From assembly GCA_976551045.1 (NCBI GenBank), contig CDPCPM010000026.1, forward strand, positions 8,928,001 to 8,992,000: DNA of 64,000 nt, written 5' to 3'. Origin of the DNA: Glaucostegus cemiculus. Taxonomy: Eukaryota. Positions 27,230-40,375 of this stretch are shown piece by piece; within the stretch, counting starts at the first letter, position 1; each line of letters starts with the position of its first letter. The notes under the pieces were generated by a model. The model ran no database searches and was not told the DNA's origin. It saw only the letters and a list, made by a program, of their open reading frames with translations. The position numbers were made by a program, and so were the translations under genes.

Positions 27230-27850
27230 TAAATCCCAATTGACGATAACATATCTATAGTAAGTCAGCAGTCATAAAGAGCTGTTCATATTTTGCAGAA
27301 AAAAAAACATTTTTTAAATCCGCAATTGCAATGAGCAATTAAAAGGTTTATAATTTGTTATTTAGAATGACTCATTGGTCTCTTGCTGAGCTAATCCCCT
27401 ACGTGAAGTAATAATTATTGGTCGCCTTTGTGTTTGCAAGCATTTAAAGCTATTAAATTTCCACCACATGCATTTTGGTGAATCCTTTCAAATTGAGACT
27501 GTGCTCCTTTCTGCTGGGTTACCATAAGTGTAAGTGAAGAGTTGTGATTCTGGTTGCAACTGAAATCTGATTAATTTTCTGTTTTAGCTCTTGAGTACTG
27601 TACTGTATAATGAGACAAAGGGACCCTGCAGGAGTCAAACAAACCATGAATATTCTCTTAAAGGGATCACCATGATAAACGAGGTATTGCAATCTGCAAT
27701 TTTAATGTAACTTCATGTTCAGTTTTTGAAATCAAGACCAAGAACCTGATTTGCCACAGTAACTGCAAACAGCTGCAGCCTTGGAGCCTTGTGAATTCAA
27801 CTCACATTGTTAACTTGACCTGTGTCATTTTACTGGAAAAGCAGCTGATG
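27230..27850. promoter_or_regulatory. Candidate conserved non-coding element
   Basis: Repeat-free block with many homeodomain cores (gtcataaa, taattatt, tgattaat) and AP-1 TGACTCA; inference only. Confidence 0.4.
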
Positions 27851-28034
27851 AGGTGTGGTTCCTAATATTTTAATATCTTTTATTTTTGTATTCAGGGTTG
27901 GTTAATTTTAGAAAGTGCAATTACAAGTTCATATATATTATATATGTGGATTGTATCCTTTTATTATTAAATAGTATTCTTTTTTTGCTGAAATATGCAT
28001 CCAATCCCAACAATGGACGAGACATACAGCAGCC

Positions 28035-28400
28035 ATACAACAACTTACATTTATATGGTGCCCTTTGACTAACAAGACATCCAAACTCACCTTACAGAAA
28101 CATTATCAAACTCAATTTGAAATGTTAGGGTAGTGGACATGGGGGTCAGTTGTAAGGAAAGCCTTAAAAGAGGAGAGCGAGTTGATTGGTTTAAGGGTGA
28201 AATTTTGAGGATTTAGCCTTTGAATAGCAGAAGGATGGCTGCCAGTGGTGGAGATCACGAGGCTAGAATTGCAGGACAGAAAACTCGGAGGGTTTTTAGG
28301 CTGGAGAAGGTTAAGGATATTGAAGGCAGCGTCTAGAAAGTTTTGAAAAAGGGCTGAGATTTTAAGGTTAAAGTTTTGCTTAACCAGAAGCTAGGATTGT
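28035..28400 (-). mobile_element. L2 LINE 3' fragment
   Basis: Tail complement 'caacaacttacatttatatggtgccctt' followed by 'ttaaaagaggagagcgag...ggtttaaggg...gcagaaggatggctgccagtggtgg'. Confidence 0.75.
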
Positions 28401-29929
28401 TAAAGTACAAAAGGGTATCAATATTTTCACTTCCTTGAGTACAAATGAAGCACTAGAACATATTTTGAAATATTTTGTTTGCAACTCAGTTATTCTTTGA
28501 ATTAATTTAGTGCAGTGTTAACATAGTTTTGAATGATTTCAAGTTTACAGTGAGATCACAATCTCAAACATGGGTCTCAGCTCTCAGACGAACTCAGTAG
28601 TTGGGTTGAGTAGAGTTTTGTAGTTTTTTTTCTGGACATAAGCCTGCTCATCATGTACCAGCAGAAGTTTTGTCTTATTCAGAGAATGAAAATGGAACAG
28701 TGCCACCTCTAGAGGTTCACTTCCTGTCAGATCACAGAAAACCTCTGCCAACTCACCTGCCAAGTATTGGAAGGAGCTTAATCCAAACCTCCTGTCACAT
28801 TAAATACAGCAGTAGGAGTCAGCACGGGGATCAAGAACAGGTTGGATGGAAATTCATGCTACAATCTAAGATATCTTTAAATCACTTTCTGGAATGGAAA
28901 CTTACAAGATTTTTTTAAGGCAAGTTTGTTTATCTGTTGAGTTACCAAATCACCTTTCCTCTTCTGAGGTGTTAATTACTTGCAGAAATATAGTTTTTTT
29001 GCTGGCATAGTTATCCTTAAGTACCTCCACAGTTTTCATTGATGAATCTTGGGATTGTTAGGTGGATGGCTATTCATTATTGGCTGCATGACAGAAGAGC
29101 TTGAACTGAAGTTAACAAACGTACACATTAAGGATGGAAGCCTTTGCCTATTTCTCTTTGCTGTTATCAATACTGAGATCAACTAAGTGAGCATTGACCA
29201 AAGATCTTGCTGGTCTGGTAGCTCAGCTATTCACTCTCTGAACATGCCAAGTTTTTAGGGAGCCAAATAATGAAGAAATTTCAGTCCACTGAGAACATTA
29301 CATTTTTCTCTGCAATGTGAGATTTAAAGAATGATAATCAGACAGCTTTATTGCTTCTGTTTGAGTAATGATAACCCACAGAAGTTTTCTTATTGTAACA
29401 GGGTGAGGTCTGAGAACAAATCATGCTTACTGGCCAATTTCAGTAAACCATTCCTTGTTTGGCACACCCTAATTGTAATTATATATCAGCTTTAAATAAA
29501 TTCAGTCATAAGCACTTAGGATTTTTGGAGCTGTGATTTTTTTTGACTGCATAGTTGGTATCTAGCCATTGCATTAATATGTTTTTTAGAAATGAATAAC
29601 CCTTTGCTCAAATATTTTGAAAGCCCTATTTTTAGTGAAAAGAGTTACACACTTGTTCATTTTCTACTTTAAACAAAAAATTGTTTGCACAATTTTAACA
29701 TGCCTGATTAAAAAATTCATATTAAGTCTAAATTAATTGTATGCATCATCAAAGAACTATAACAGAACCAAAGATGTATATTGATATTGCAGTCTGTCTA
29801 ATCAAGATAAAAAAAACCATTTATTTAATTGTGGCCATCTCGAGATAAATGACCTCAACCTGTGCATTTAAAGAGGAAATATTTTATTTTTAAGATTTCT
29901 GAGAACAGTTAAGAAATTGAGATTTGATT

Positions 29930-30015
29930 TTAGGGGAGGAGTAAGAGGAAAGTGTTGATCTCGTTACTCAATCTGATTTAAGGATGTGGTCTACGTGGGC
30001 TGAATAGCCATTTTT
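29930..30015 (+). mobile_element. CR1 3' tail remnant
   Basis: 'gtgggctgaatagcc' terminal motif. Confidence 0.45.
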
Positions 30016-30420
30016 TAATATCTTCTTGAATCATTCAAAAATGCAAAAGGAGAATGCAAAAAACATGACTTTGGTGTAGCCTGACTCATTTTTAACCTAT
30101 CTTGCATAACCATGGACAATCTGCCTAACACACTACATTTCTGGGTGAATGACTTTGCAGAGTTCTTCCTGGAATCTGTCCTGAGCCCATGAAAAAAGAT
30201 GACATTCCACACTATTTATCTAATCTTGCAAAAAATGTTAATTCATTTTGATTTCCTGCCTTCCTTGCATCCAGGGTATGATTTCTACCATATCCATTAT
30301 AATGCTGTTTGTAGCTAAACATTCACCTTTTTCTAGTTTACGAGTATTGATTTTTTTTTAAATCACAAGCAAGTTTATATGGGGATTAAAACCACATATT
30401 CTGTGAAGAGGGATGGCTTT

Positions 30421-30439
30421 CCCCCCCCCCCCCCCCCCC
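30421..30439. repeat. Poly-C (19 nt)
   Basis: Homopolymer seen directly. Confidence 0.95.
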
Positions 30440-30779
30440 AAATCCTGTCTGAAGCTTGTTCATAATATGCTTCATCCTATGGTTGCAGTTTTGCTCTGTT
30501 GTGATCCTTCTTATGGCTACCAACACTCACATCCCCTGGTAAAATACTGGAGGAGTTTTGACACTCTTGGCTCTGCAAACCACTACCTGTTGAACAAAAA
30601 GGCTTAAAATGGAAATGGAAACTCAGTAAGTTTGAAAATCAAATCAAAATAATAATGAAGATGAAAATGAATAACAAAATATCTAAAGAATTTGTGTGCT
30701 TTGGGACACTGAATATTTATCAATCAATGTTGGATTAATATTCTGGAAGAGTTCACTGTGAATCTTTGAAAGTGGGGAG

Positions 30780-31100
30780 AAGTTTCCTATTGTTCAATCA
30801 TCTGCTTTGGTTGGTTGTCCTTTCTGGTCTAATGCAAGGTATAGGAGTAGATCTCCTTCCATAACCTGGGACTGTTGATTGCAACAAACACTGAAAAGCT
30901 GATAGGAGAAGAGCACTCCCACAACACAACCCATTCAGGTTGTAATTGGCAAACAAACAGTCTCCCTCCCAGCCTGATTTTCCTGCATTGACCGTGCACT
31001 GATCCATGAGTCCCAGGCTGTGGGACAGGAGAATCCATCAAATATTACACACCTGCTGACCATTTACGTTCCATGTTTTCTCCATTTTAAAAAGAGCAGA
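30780..31100. promoter_or_regulatory. Candidate enhancer-like block
   Basis: TGATGGAT (PBX-HOX type) on - strand at 31033-31040, SOX-like ctattgtt, FOX-like gcaaacaaaca; repeat-free. Confidence 0.35.
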
Positions 31101-34100
31101 TCTCAACAGTTTAATCCTGGCATGATTTCCATCAATTGTTCCGAAATGTTGTGAGTGTCCTGATTTTAAAAAAAATCTCCAGCTTCTGATATTGTATTTT
31201 GCTCCTCTACCTATTCCCTAGTATGAGACTGTTGTGTCTCCTCCTTGTGATGTACTCTGACTAATGTACATCATTTTGGATTGCTTCTGCTCTATAGCTG
31301 CAAATTATAGATTGGAAATGTAAATTAAATTGGCTATAATGTTGCTTGTGGGTGCTTCACTTGTAAGTGATGGCTTTTCACTGTAGCAGGTTTTCACATA
31401 TTTTTGCTTTTTTTAGACACACGTTGACATCATCTGCTACAGATAGACTATGACCTAATCAAACCAACCTTTTCTTTAATCAAAATGCCTTTAGACTCTA
31501 ATTATTTTGGAGGTTTCTGTCTAGTCCAGTAGAGCGTGCAGTTTGTTTCAAGATGAATCATGAATAATGACCAGTCCTGCATAGTTAAATTGACTATATT
31601 ATTGATTAGGCTGATTAATCATGGACATGCACTTTGATTGCATTATAAAGAAGATCTTGTAGCTTTGTAAAAGAAGTAGAATTTCATCAGGAGAGAAATA
31701 ATTTAATAATTATGTTCTAACTAAATGGATCTAATAAAGCATCTCCACTTTATAACCATAAGATGTTCCATGTCGGTAGAGATTTGCTTTGGGACAGAAT
31801 TGTAACAGAAATTTGAATGGTATGTTTAGATCAGGGGTGGAAAAATAATCAAATTTATAGCAAGAAAGGAAGTGATGCTATCTAAAATTTTATTGGGACA
31901 TTGAATTTGTAATATGGAACTTTATCTTCTTACAAATACATGTTGATATCAACATGGAATTTCTGTTAGCTCACCTGAAAGAGACTGTTATCAACTCTTC
32001 AGATGAAATCCTTTGTGTTTGCCTTGTACACAATTCAAATAATTGGAGCACAATTTATTTAAATAAAACTAAAATCTTCAGTTTGTGAAAAGAAGAAGAT
32101 CATATGTGTAAAGAGAAGCATTCAGGAAAGATTAGGGTACATTCAGTCAAAGAAAATAATACTTGCATTGTAACTCCAGACTTTTTTTTCTGGGATAGAT
32201 AAAGGACATGATGCTGAATATATGACCAGGTATTAGGCCATTATTGAAAGCTGTTTTCTTTCATAATGTAGTCCTTTGAAGAATTTTAACTGATCTAAGT
32301 TCTCATTGCTGTCATAAATATGAACCAAGATAACAGGGTCTTAATTATAGTTGTTACCAAGGTCAGAATTTTCTGCAATTTTCTTGACTTTAGCTCCTAT
32401 TAACCAACATTGACTAAATGAGGTATGATGGCTATTGTTATTTACAATTGGAGGTATTATAATAGTTAGTCTTAAACTACTGAGTCATGAACCCAGTTTA
32501 CACTGATTAATTGGCTATTGATTTGGATTTGATCCCATTCAAAAAGAAACAGGATAACTTGGCAAACACATTCCAGCTGGAGTGATTCCAAAATAAAATT
32601 CTATCCCAATTCAGTTGAAGTGAAAGGAAAGCCTAATTTTGAATGAGCAGCCTTTCTACTCTGTTAAAGTGCCAGATAATTCCAAATTTCACAGAGAAAT
32701 ATTCCTGTACACTGTCTGGCCTAACTCAATAATTCCTTATCCATATTTGATTTCAAATTGCTGTTGGCGTGCTGAGAAAAGACATTTCACTTGCATCATG
32801 AAAGGCATCTCCAGATGAATGGAAACGCAGCTTAAAGTTATTTACCTAGTTATGTTGCTGGAGACATTGCCACAACATAAAAATAAGGGTGACTTAAATG
32901 ACTGATATGAGAATATAAATTTGCAACAATTAAAATTACATTAGAATTTTCCTTTGAATGCAAGATTTAGTGCCCAATAACACATTACCTATGCCACTGT
33001 TGTGTAAAAAAAATTGTTCCATCTAAATTTTATCTGTAGCTAGCAAGAGAATTGAAGGATGGTTGCTTAATTTAGTTGCAAACTTAATCCAGTACAATTT
33101 GACTCAAACATCAGAATTTTGTACAGAAAATATAGTTGCAAAAGCAGAATTTTGATTTAATTAGCCTACGTAGTTCAATTCTTTGTTACTTTCATAATTT
33201 AACCCAATCACCATTTTGGTAGACACTTACACAAATTTGTATAGCTTGCAACTCCTAGTAAAAAGAATCACCCATGATAAACTGGCATCAATTATTTTTC
33301 ATCTATCAACTGCTACCAATATAACATGTTCTACTTGCTGCTATGATGCAATAAAGTATATACCTATTAAAAATCAATTTCTTTGGTTACACACAAAAGA
33401 AAATAAAATTCCTCCCTCTTTGAATGCTTGAGGATGACTTTGACACTAACCATTATTATTAATTGTCTTTGAGATGCATTAGATTCCAAAGCCGTACTAT
33501 ATATTTTTATTTCTCACTTGAACCAGATCTGGCATTTCATTACAGGTACCTTTTTGAAGTGCCCTTTTTTAAGTTTAAAAAAAATGTCTTTCATTGAATG
33601 TATTCTACTCCTGATGTCAAACCATTTAATTCTACCAATTCATTGCAAAGTCTTGTCTAATCCAATACTCAATATTTTAAAAGCGACTGTCAAGGTTCAG
33701 AACTCAACTTGTACTGTGCCTTTATTCTGTGCTTCAGATGATTTCAAGTATTTGTGGTCTGAATGATGGACCTGTAGTTTTACACAAAGTGAAGTCAACC
33801 TACCTTCAGTTTTACTCCAGATGGAAAAAGAAGTTGGAGAGAGTAATCAGAGCACAAAGCAGAAAATGCTGGGAATGTATTCAAACAGCATCTGAAAGGG
33901 GAAAAGGGGCTCTCACCTTAAAATGTTTAAAAAAAAAATTCCAGATGGCAAGTTAGTTCTCAATAGTTTTAATGTTAGAGTTATTGAAGATGAAATTATT
34001 TGTGTTGTTCAGTTTTAATCTCCCAGCACAAGTGTACATACCATGAAAACAAATCAAAAGATGTAAACTTTTAAATCATAAAGAATAAGAATAATTGCAC

Positions 34101-36782
34101 AGAGGTATTTTGTCTCTGAAATGATGATATTTTGCCTTGCTGGACCTTGCTAATAAGCACCAGACTGGCTTCAATCAGAAGCTCCCACTGGAGAGATTGC
34201 ACCAGGTAAGTACAGACTTTGTTTGGAGGTCACCTGTGAGGACAGGCATCTCACTGATTATCACAGAATCTCCCCCAATAAATAAACCTATCTGTATGAG
34301 CTGAATTATAATCAAGGGAGTATTCCAGCCAAAGGTGAATGTTCTTTCAAAATTGGCTGATTTTCAACCAACCTTTTTTAAAACAATCTCCATATGCCAT
34401 CACCAACCTAATGAAGGGCTTGCCATCTGGTATAAAGTAAAAGTGTTTTGCACAGACGAAGCAGAGAGGACACAAGAGTCGAAACCCAGCAGACTCTCCA
34501 CTGGCCCAGTCACAATCACTTTATCGTGAAATGTTTTATTGCAGACTTCAACAGCTTGTGCTATGTTTGCAAAATCTCTGGTGATGATGAGAATGTTTCA
34601 AATGGTGGCCTCATGCAGCTTCGTGTCATTATTTCCTAATTAGCATAATAATCAGGTACACACTTGTGCACCATCCCAAACCAGTGTGACTTGGCAGAGA
34701 TTCTTGGTTTGAAAAAAAAACCTGTGGAGTCGGCGGTACACTAATCTTTAACATTAAAGAATAAAACCTGGTTAGGAAGTGTCCTCAGTGGTAATTTCCC
34801 TTTCAGCTCTTCATCTGATCCATAATGATGTTTTTTTTTCTTAACTGCCTTCTTATCTTGCCCCTACCTTGAAGATATTGATCGTACTATTTCCTGGCCA
34901 TAAGCCTGGAGGAAGACCCACATAGTCCTCAGGGAAATGGATGAAAACTGCTATTTATGCCAACTCCAAAGTTGCAGCAGGTCGCCAGTAGAACCACAGT
35001 TTAATTTTAGAGCCCTTGATTTCTCACTCATTATGCTTCTGAGGCATTTATCCCAGAGGTTATTATTTATATATTTGGCCATGGCATTGATTATATGCAG
35101 ACAAAATAATTATTGGAGTATTGTAGCTGAACCCAATCCATCACTATCCAGAATCTCCATCCCAAACACAGAAGTACAGAAGTTGATTTTAGGTACTGAG
35201 TATGAGGTGGAAGAGCTGAATACAGGGTATGGGTGGAAACAGGTACTCTCTTCATCTGCATGGCTCAAGTTATAATAGGTAAATCTGGTTACCCCCAGCT
35301 CCGTTAGTTCAGCATTATACCCATTGAAATGCAGCCCCTTGGAGATGACACTTCCTTCATTCATGAGACATGGGTTTCCTGTGTCTGGAGTTGTCCCGTC
35401 CCTGATCCAGCATGAGGAGTTCCTTGAGGTGGATTCAGAACCAACCACTGAGAAGTGATTATTTCCAGGTTAGGCAGGTCCCCTATGATAAACCAACAAA
35501 TTATGACCAAATGTGACTGAAGCACTGAATTCTTGATGAGACACTGCCCTCAAACCCGCTTGTTATTTTATTACCTATAACTCCCCTTTCAGGACTAAAC
35601 CTCTACTTGCAGTTCCCTGCTCTTAACTCTCCAGCCTGCAAACCACGCTCCCTCCAGAAAGAGCAGATGAGGCCTGGGAGCCGCTCTCCTTCCAACGAGA
35701 CTTGAACTAATTCAGTGAAGCTTCTGGGACATTAGTTAGGAAAAATACTATGCAGACAAAATCTATTGGAGCATCACTCAGTAAAGCTGCCCCCTTCCAC
35801 TTTTGAAAATGTTATTTCTTTACATTTGAAATCAACTGTTTATCACAAGTCGCTTGGATTTTGCCATATATCTTGGGGGAAGGTTCAACCTGCCACTTAG
35901 TAACAAATGTGCATTCTACTCTGCTTCTGAGCTTCGGTTCCATTGAGTTCAGCAGGCATTTTCTGGTTCATATTTCCCAGAAAAGCAACTGGAAAGACAC
36001 TTAAAGATTGAAACTGGCCTGTACATGGATTCTGAAATTTAATCTGCGAGCTAAATGCAATGAAACCTCAGCATTGGTGAGATATGAAAAGGAACACTGC
36101 CAAATAGCAGTTCTCTGACCCAAATTAAATGAAGCTGAACTAAACATATTCTGAGATAATGATAGCTTAACATAAAACATATTTAAAAAATTGAATAACT
36201 AGCTATTAACATTTTAATAATAAAATCAAAAGCAACACCTCAGCCAGAGATTCAGGCACGCAGTCACTTTTAAGTAAGAATCTACCTGTTTCTGTCATAA
36301 GAACCAAAAATCATCCAGAGCTTATCCAACACAAGTCTTGAAAAATGAACCCAGGTCCACCGTCTCAGGTATCTGATGATCTGAGTAGGTTATAATTTTC
36401 AAAGTGAAACCTGCCAAGATGTGACAGGGAAAATATCCCAGATTTAAAAATATCAATGAATATGCTGGTGGTTCTGTCTCCAGGGAAAGAAACAGGTCAC
36501 TGAAGAACATCTGTCCAATAAATATTATTGTTTGTTTTAGGAGTACAGAGAGTCAGCCCAGGCATGCTGAAGGTTTTTTTTATGGTGCAAGGTACTTGTG
36601 ACTCAGGGAGCAAAAATTTTCAGTACAGGGGCAGAGTAGCCAATGTGCAGTAAGGGCCATTTCAGCCACAGTTCCAGTGCAATAGAAGCATCAGCTTCTC
36701 AGAAAAACTGGAAGGATATATTTTGTTATATATTCAGGCCAACCAACTCTCCTTCATTCACCAGGAACTGTGTTTACCTGTC

Positions 36783-36908
36783 TGTCAGCCTTGGCTCAGT
36801 AATAGTGTTTTCATCTCTGAGTCAGGCAGTCCAGCGTTCACTCTCTACTTCAAGATATGAGTCTATAATCTCGGCTGACACTTCTGTGCAGAAGCGAGGA
36901 AGTGCTGA
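36783..36908 (+). mobile_element. DeuSINE 5' head fragment
   Basis: 'tgtcagccttggctcagtaatagtg...tctgagtcag...ataatctcggctgacacttctgtgcag...gaggaagtgctg'. Confidence 0.75.
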
Positions 36909-37850
36909 GGAATAGGCCATTCAGCTGTTCACGCCTGTTCTGCTATTCAGTTAGATCATGGTTGACTTGTACCTTGACTGCATTTATTTGGTTTTCATCC
37001 ATATCCCTTGATACCCTGACTTAACAAAAAGATATGTCTCAATCTTGGAAATGCCAACTGATTCCACGTTCACTGGCATTTGAGGAGAGATATCCAGAGT
37101 TCCTATTGCGTGGAGAAAATTGATTCCCTGGTTCACACCCTGGGTCTGGGGCTCTGTCCTCTGTTCCTACACAGCAGCCAACAGAGGAGCTCGTTTCTTC
37201 ATCAGTATCCCCCATAGTCTCCTCATTTTAAACACCACAGTTATATTACACATTACGTGAGGCACAGTGTCTCAACTGGTGGAGCTGCTGCTTCACAGCT
37301 CCCAGCAACACAGGCTCAATCCTAAAGTAGGGTCCTGTCTGTGTGGAATTTGCGGTGTCTCCCCATGACTACCTCGGTTTCCTCTGGGTGTCATGGTTCC
37401 CTCCCACATCCTGGAGTTGTACAAGTTGGTATGTTAGATGGCCACTTAAATTGCCCCTTGTGTGCAATAGAATCTTGTGGAGAGTGATTGGACTCAGGTG
37501 TTGAGAAGAATGTAGGGAGAGTAACAAAAATGGGATTAGTGTTGATAGGCTTTGGTTGTCAGCATAGTGGGTCAAAGGATCTGTTTCCATTCCATATGAC
37601 TGTGGCTCTTATGCATGGACTCACTCCGTTGATTCTGCACTGGTCCTATTTCAAGACAAATAACTTTCCCTTGAGTCGACGTCTGAAGCTGAACATAGCA
37701 CTGCAAGATGCCAAACGACTTAGCATCATTTTAGATTCCAGCCCTCTTGAGATAAAGACCATCAAGGTTTTAGCCTTTTTGATTTGCTTTTGTGTCTCCT
37801 CGTTGACTTTTAGTAATTTGATTGCATCCAGTGAAACCTTATGACCACCA
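36909..37850 (-). mobile_element. Old CR1 3' fragment, interrupted by a V-SINE
   Basis: Tail complement 'aggaataggccattcagc...cctgttctgctattcagttagatcatgg'; ORF relic 'QKQIKKAKTLMVFISRGLESK'. Confidence 0.8.
37259..37605 (+). mobile_element. HE1-type V-SINE
   Basis: 'ggcacagtgtctcaactggtggagctgctgcttcacagctcc...gtctgtgtggaatttgc...ttccctcccacatcc'; CR1-type tail. Confidence 0.9.
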
Positions 37851-37881
37851 ATGCATTGAGCTTCCTGCAATAATAATACCT

Positions 37882-38080
37882 TGGAGCAAAAACAGAAAAT
37901 GCTGGCTAGGCAGCATCTGTACAAAGAGAAACAAAGTTAACGTTTTAGATCTAAGTCCCTTCTAGAAGAGTCCAAGAGGTTCTCAGACCCAAAACGTTAA
38001 CTCATTATCTCTCTCTAGATGTTTCCAGTATTTGGTGCTTTTGTTTCAGATTTCCAGCATCTAGAATTATTTTTGATTTC
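37882..38080. mobile_element. Inverted pair of Penelope-derived ends
   Basis: agttaacgtttt (37935-37946) and aaaacgttaact (37991-38002) are a perfect inverted match; 'cagatttccagcatct' terminus. Confidence 0.75.
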
Positions 38081-38544
38081 GATCTACTGTTTGGAAGCAT
38101 GATTTATTGCTACAACAGTCACACCTTCCGTGATGCACCAGGCTGCTCCACCATTTGTGGATACTTCTGGGTAAATGACAGATGCTGTCTTCTTCTCAGA
38201 CAACGTGAGCAGATCAAGGATCCTAGATGGCAGCCTCTCACAGATAATGTGCTTGCCCCAACTCTCCTCAACATTTACATAAGGAATATCTCTTCACCAC
38301 TTCAAGGAAATTTGCATGTGTCATTAATCTGACACTAACCATGTGGGCAAAGCCCTTCAAAGAGAGTGAAGGTACACTGATGGCAGCCTTGTCCATGAAA
38401 GCTGGGTATTTCTTTAAAGGTGGTCTGTGACCAAATTCAATTAGGTCTGAGCTTTCAACCTCACGAACCAGAAAGCACGTGTTTATCTCACCATCACCTT
38501 CTGTAGAGAAAAATTACTATGTCCAACAATGTCCTGGTTAGCTG

Positions 38545-38845
38545 TGGTATTGGTATTGGTTTATATTGTCACTTGTACCGAGGTACAGTGAAAAACTTGT
38601 CTTGTATCCCATTCATACAGATCAATTCATTACACAGTGCAGATATACTGAGTGCATTGAGGTAGCACAGGGTAAAAACAATAACAGAATACAGAGTAAA
38701 GTGTCACAGTTACAGGGAAGTGCAGGTAGACAATAAGGTGCAAGGTCAAACAAGGTGGATTGTGAGGTCAGGACTCCACCTCATTGTATAAGGGAACCAT
38801 TCAATAGTCTTATTACAGTGAGATAGAAGCTGTCCTTGAGCCTGA
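38545..38845 (-). mobile_element. Rex1/Babar 3' end
   Basis: (TATTGG)n tail complement, 'tttatattgtcacttgtaccgaggtacagtgaaaaact', 'agaagctgtccttgagcctg'. Confidence 0.8.
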
Positions 38846-38942
38846 GCTTAACTTTCAACACTTTCTAAGAAATAATGAAATGATCTAGAATGAAAGCAGG
38901 GCAGAATGTATTGTCATAGTCTCATACAGAGAGGTCATTTTC

Positions 38943-39295
38943 ATCAAAATCAGTATCAGTTTTATTGTCACAACCATATACACACACACACAGTATGCAT
39001 AGGAGCGAGATACCGTCCTCCACAGGTGCACATCACATTAAATATTAAACAGAAGAGACACACAGACACACACTGAAAAAAGAACATTAAAACCACAAAA
39101 ATTAAATTAAATTAAATTCTGCAGCTTAAATAAATAGTTTTAAAATGAGCGAACTGGCAGCGGATATTTAAAGTGCTGGTGCGTTTCTGAGCGCCTAGCA
39201 TCCTTTAGTGTTGGCAGGATAGATGGAGGAATGAGAGAGTTCACTGATCTGATGGCTTGCGGGAAGAAGCTATTACACAGCCTGGTCGACAACCT
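38943..39295 (-). mobile_element. Rex1/Babar 3' end (second subfamily)
   Basis: C-terminal 'STRLCNSFFPQAIRSVNS'; atcagtatcagttttattgtc tail complement. Confidence 0.8.
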
Positions 39296-40094
39296 GGATG
39301 ACAACCTGGGCCTCTCTATCCATAGAAACCTAAAGAGACTCATAGCTCATTTCTTGGCCTCCTGGATACCTTTGTAGATCTGTGTTCATGCCCTAGCAGG
39401 ACATGACAATTCAGCAGCTTGGACAAAAGCATAAAATAAAATGACTGTCTGGAATAAACATCTAATTTCTGACACAACAACAATATCTCCTACTTTTAAC
39501 ATTCCACAAAAATATGGAGGGTTCCAAACTGGAGGCATTGTCGCATTTGATCAGGCACTTGACTCACAGATGATATTTTAATAGTACTGCAGAATATGGC
39601 TGTGCAATCCTGATTAATCTGTGGACAGCATAACAACACGGCCTCTTTACAGATATTGCAGAGTTATATTCCCTTTCATCAAGAGTAGCTGACTGGCTAA
39701 CTAAACTTAAACTAGACTTACAATCATTACTCCAAATGAGTTATATGAAAGAAAAAGTAATTTGGACACAGAAATCTATTTTCTTCTCTGCAGCTCCTAC
39801 TTTCTCATCATTAGGAAAATGTTCTGTTTTGTCTTGGATTCTGAATTCATCATTATTTTGCTTATTCACTCCCTGTCTAAGTCTCTGTACTACCCACACA
39901 AATTACCATGCCTTGCAACTTTATTTCAACTACAAATCTGAATATACAGCCATCTCTTAACCTAAGCCATTAATACATTTTGGGGAATAGCAAAGCCTAC
40001 AGTACAGAAATCTTAGTAATCAGCACTTGTCATAAGCTTCCAGAAAACATCCCTTTTCTCCCTCATTGACATCTCTTCCCTCATCTTTTGAAAC

Positions 40095-40375
40095 AATTAT
40101 TAAGCTGAAGACCTTTTTACCTGTTCAGTTGGATGTAAGTGATTAGGAGAAAGGAGAGGGTAAGCTTTCTGACAGACTGGCCAATGTTATTTCTCAAACA
40201 GCAAATCCAGAACTCAGTAACTGGTCACTTTGTTGTTTGTGAACCTTGCAAAGCACAAATTCGTTGCCGCATTTTCTTGTTTGGCAATAGTGTGTACATT
40301 TCAAACAGTAATTTGTTTGTTGTGAAACATTTTGATGTGGCTTAAGAATATGCAGTATAAATTTATGTTTTTTTT
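40095..40375 (+). mobile_element. DeuSINE 3' portion
   Basis: 'ctggccaatgttatttctcaa...ttgttgtttgtgaaccttgc...acaaattcgttgccgcatttt...acatttcaaacagtaattt...tgtgaaacattttg'. Confidence 0.7.

Larger units (their letters stand above)
38100..39560 (+). mobile_element. Vingi/Ingi-like LINE RT fragment, interrupted twice
   Basis: 'NVLAPTLLNIYIRNISS' resembles 'QGSVLAPTLFNIY'; decayed downstream ORF continues after the insertions. Confidence 0.55.
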
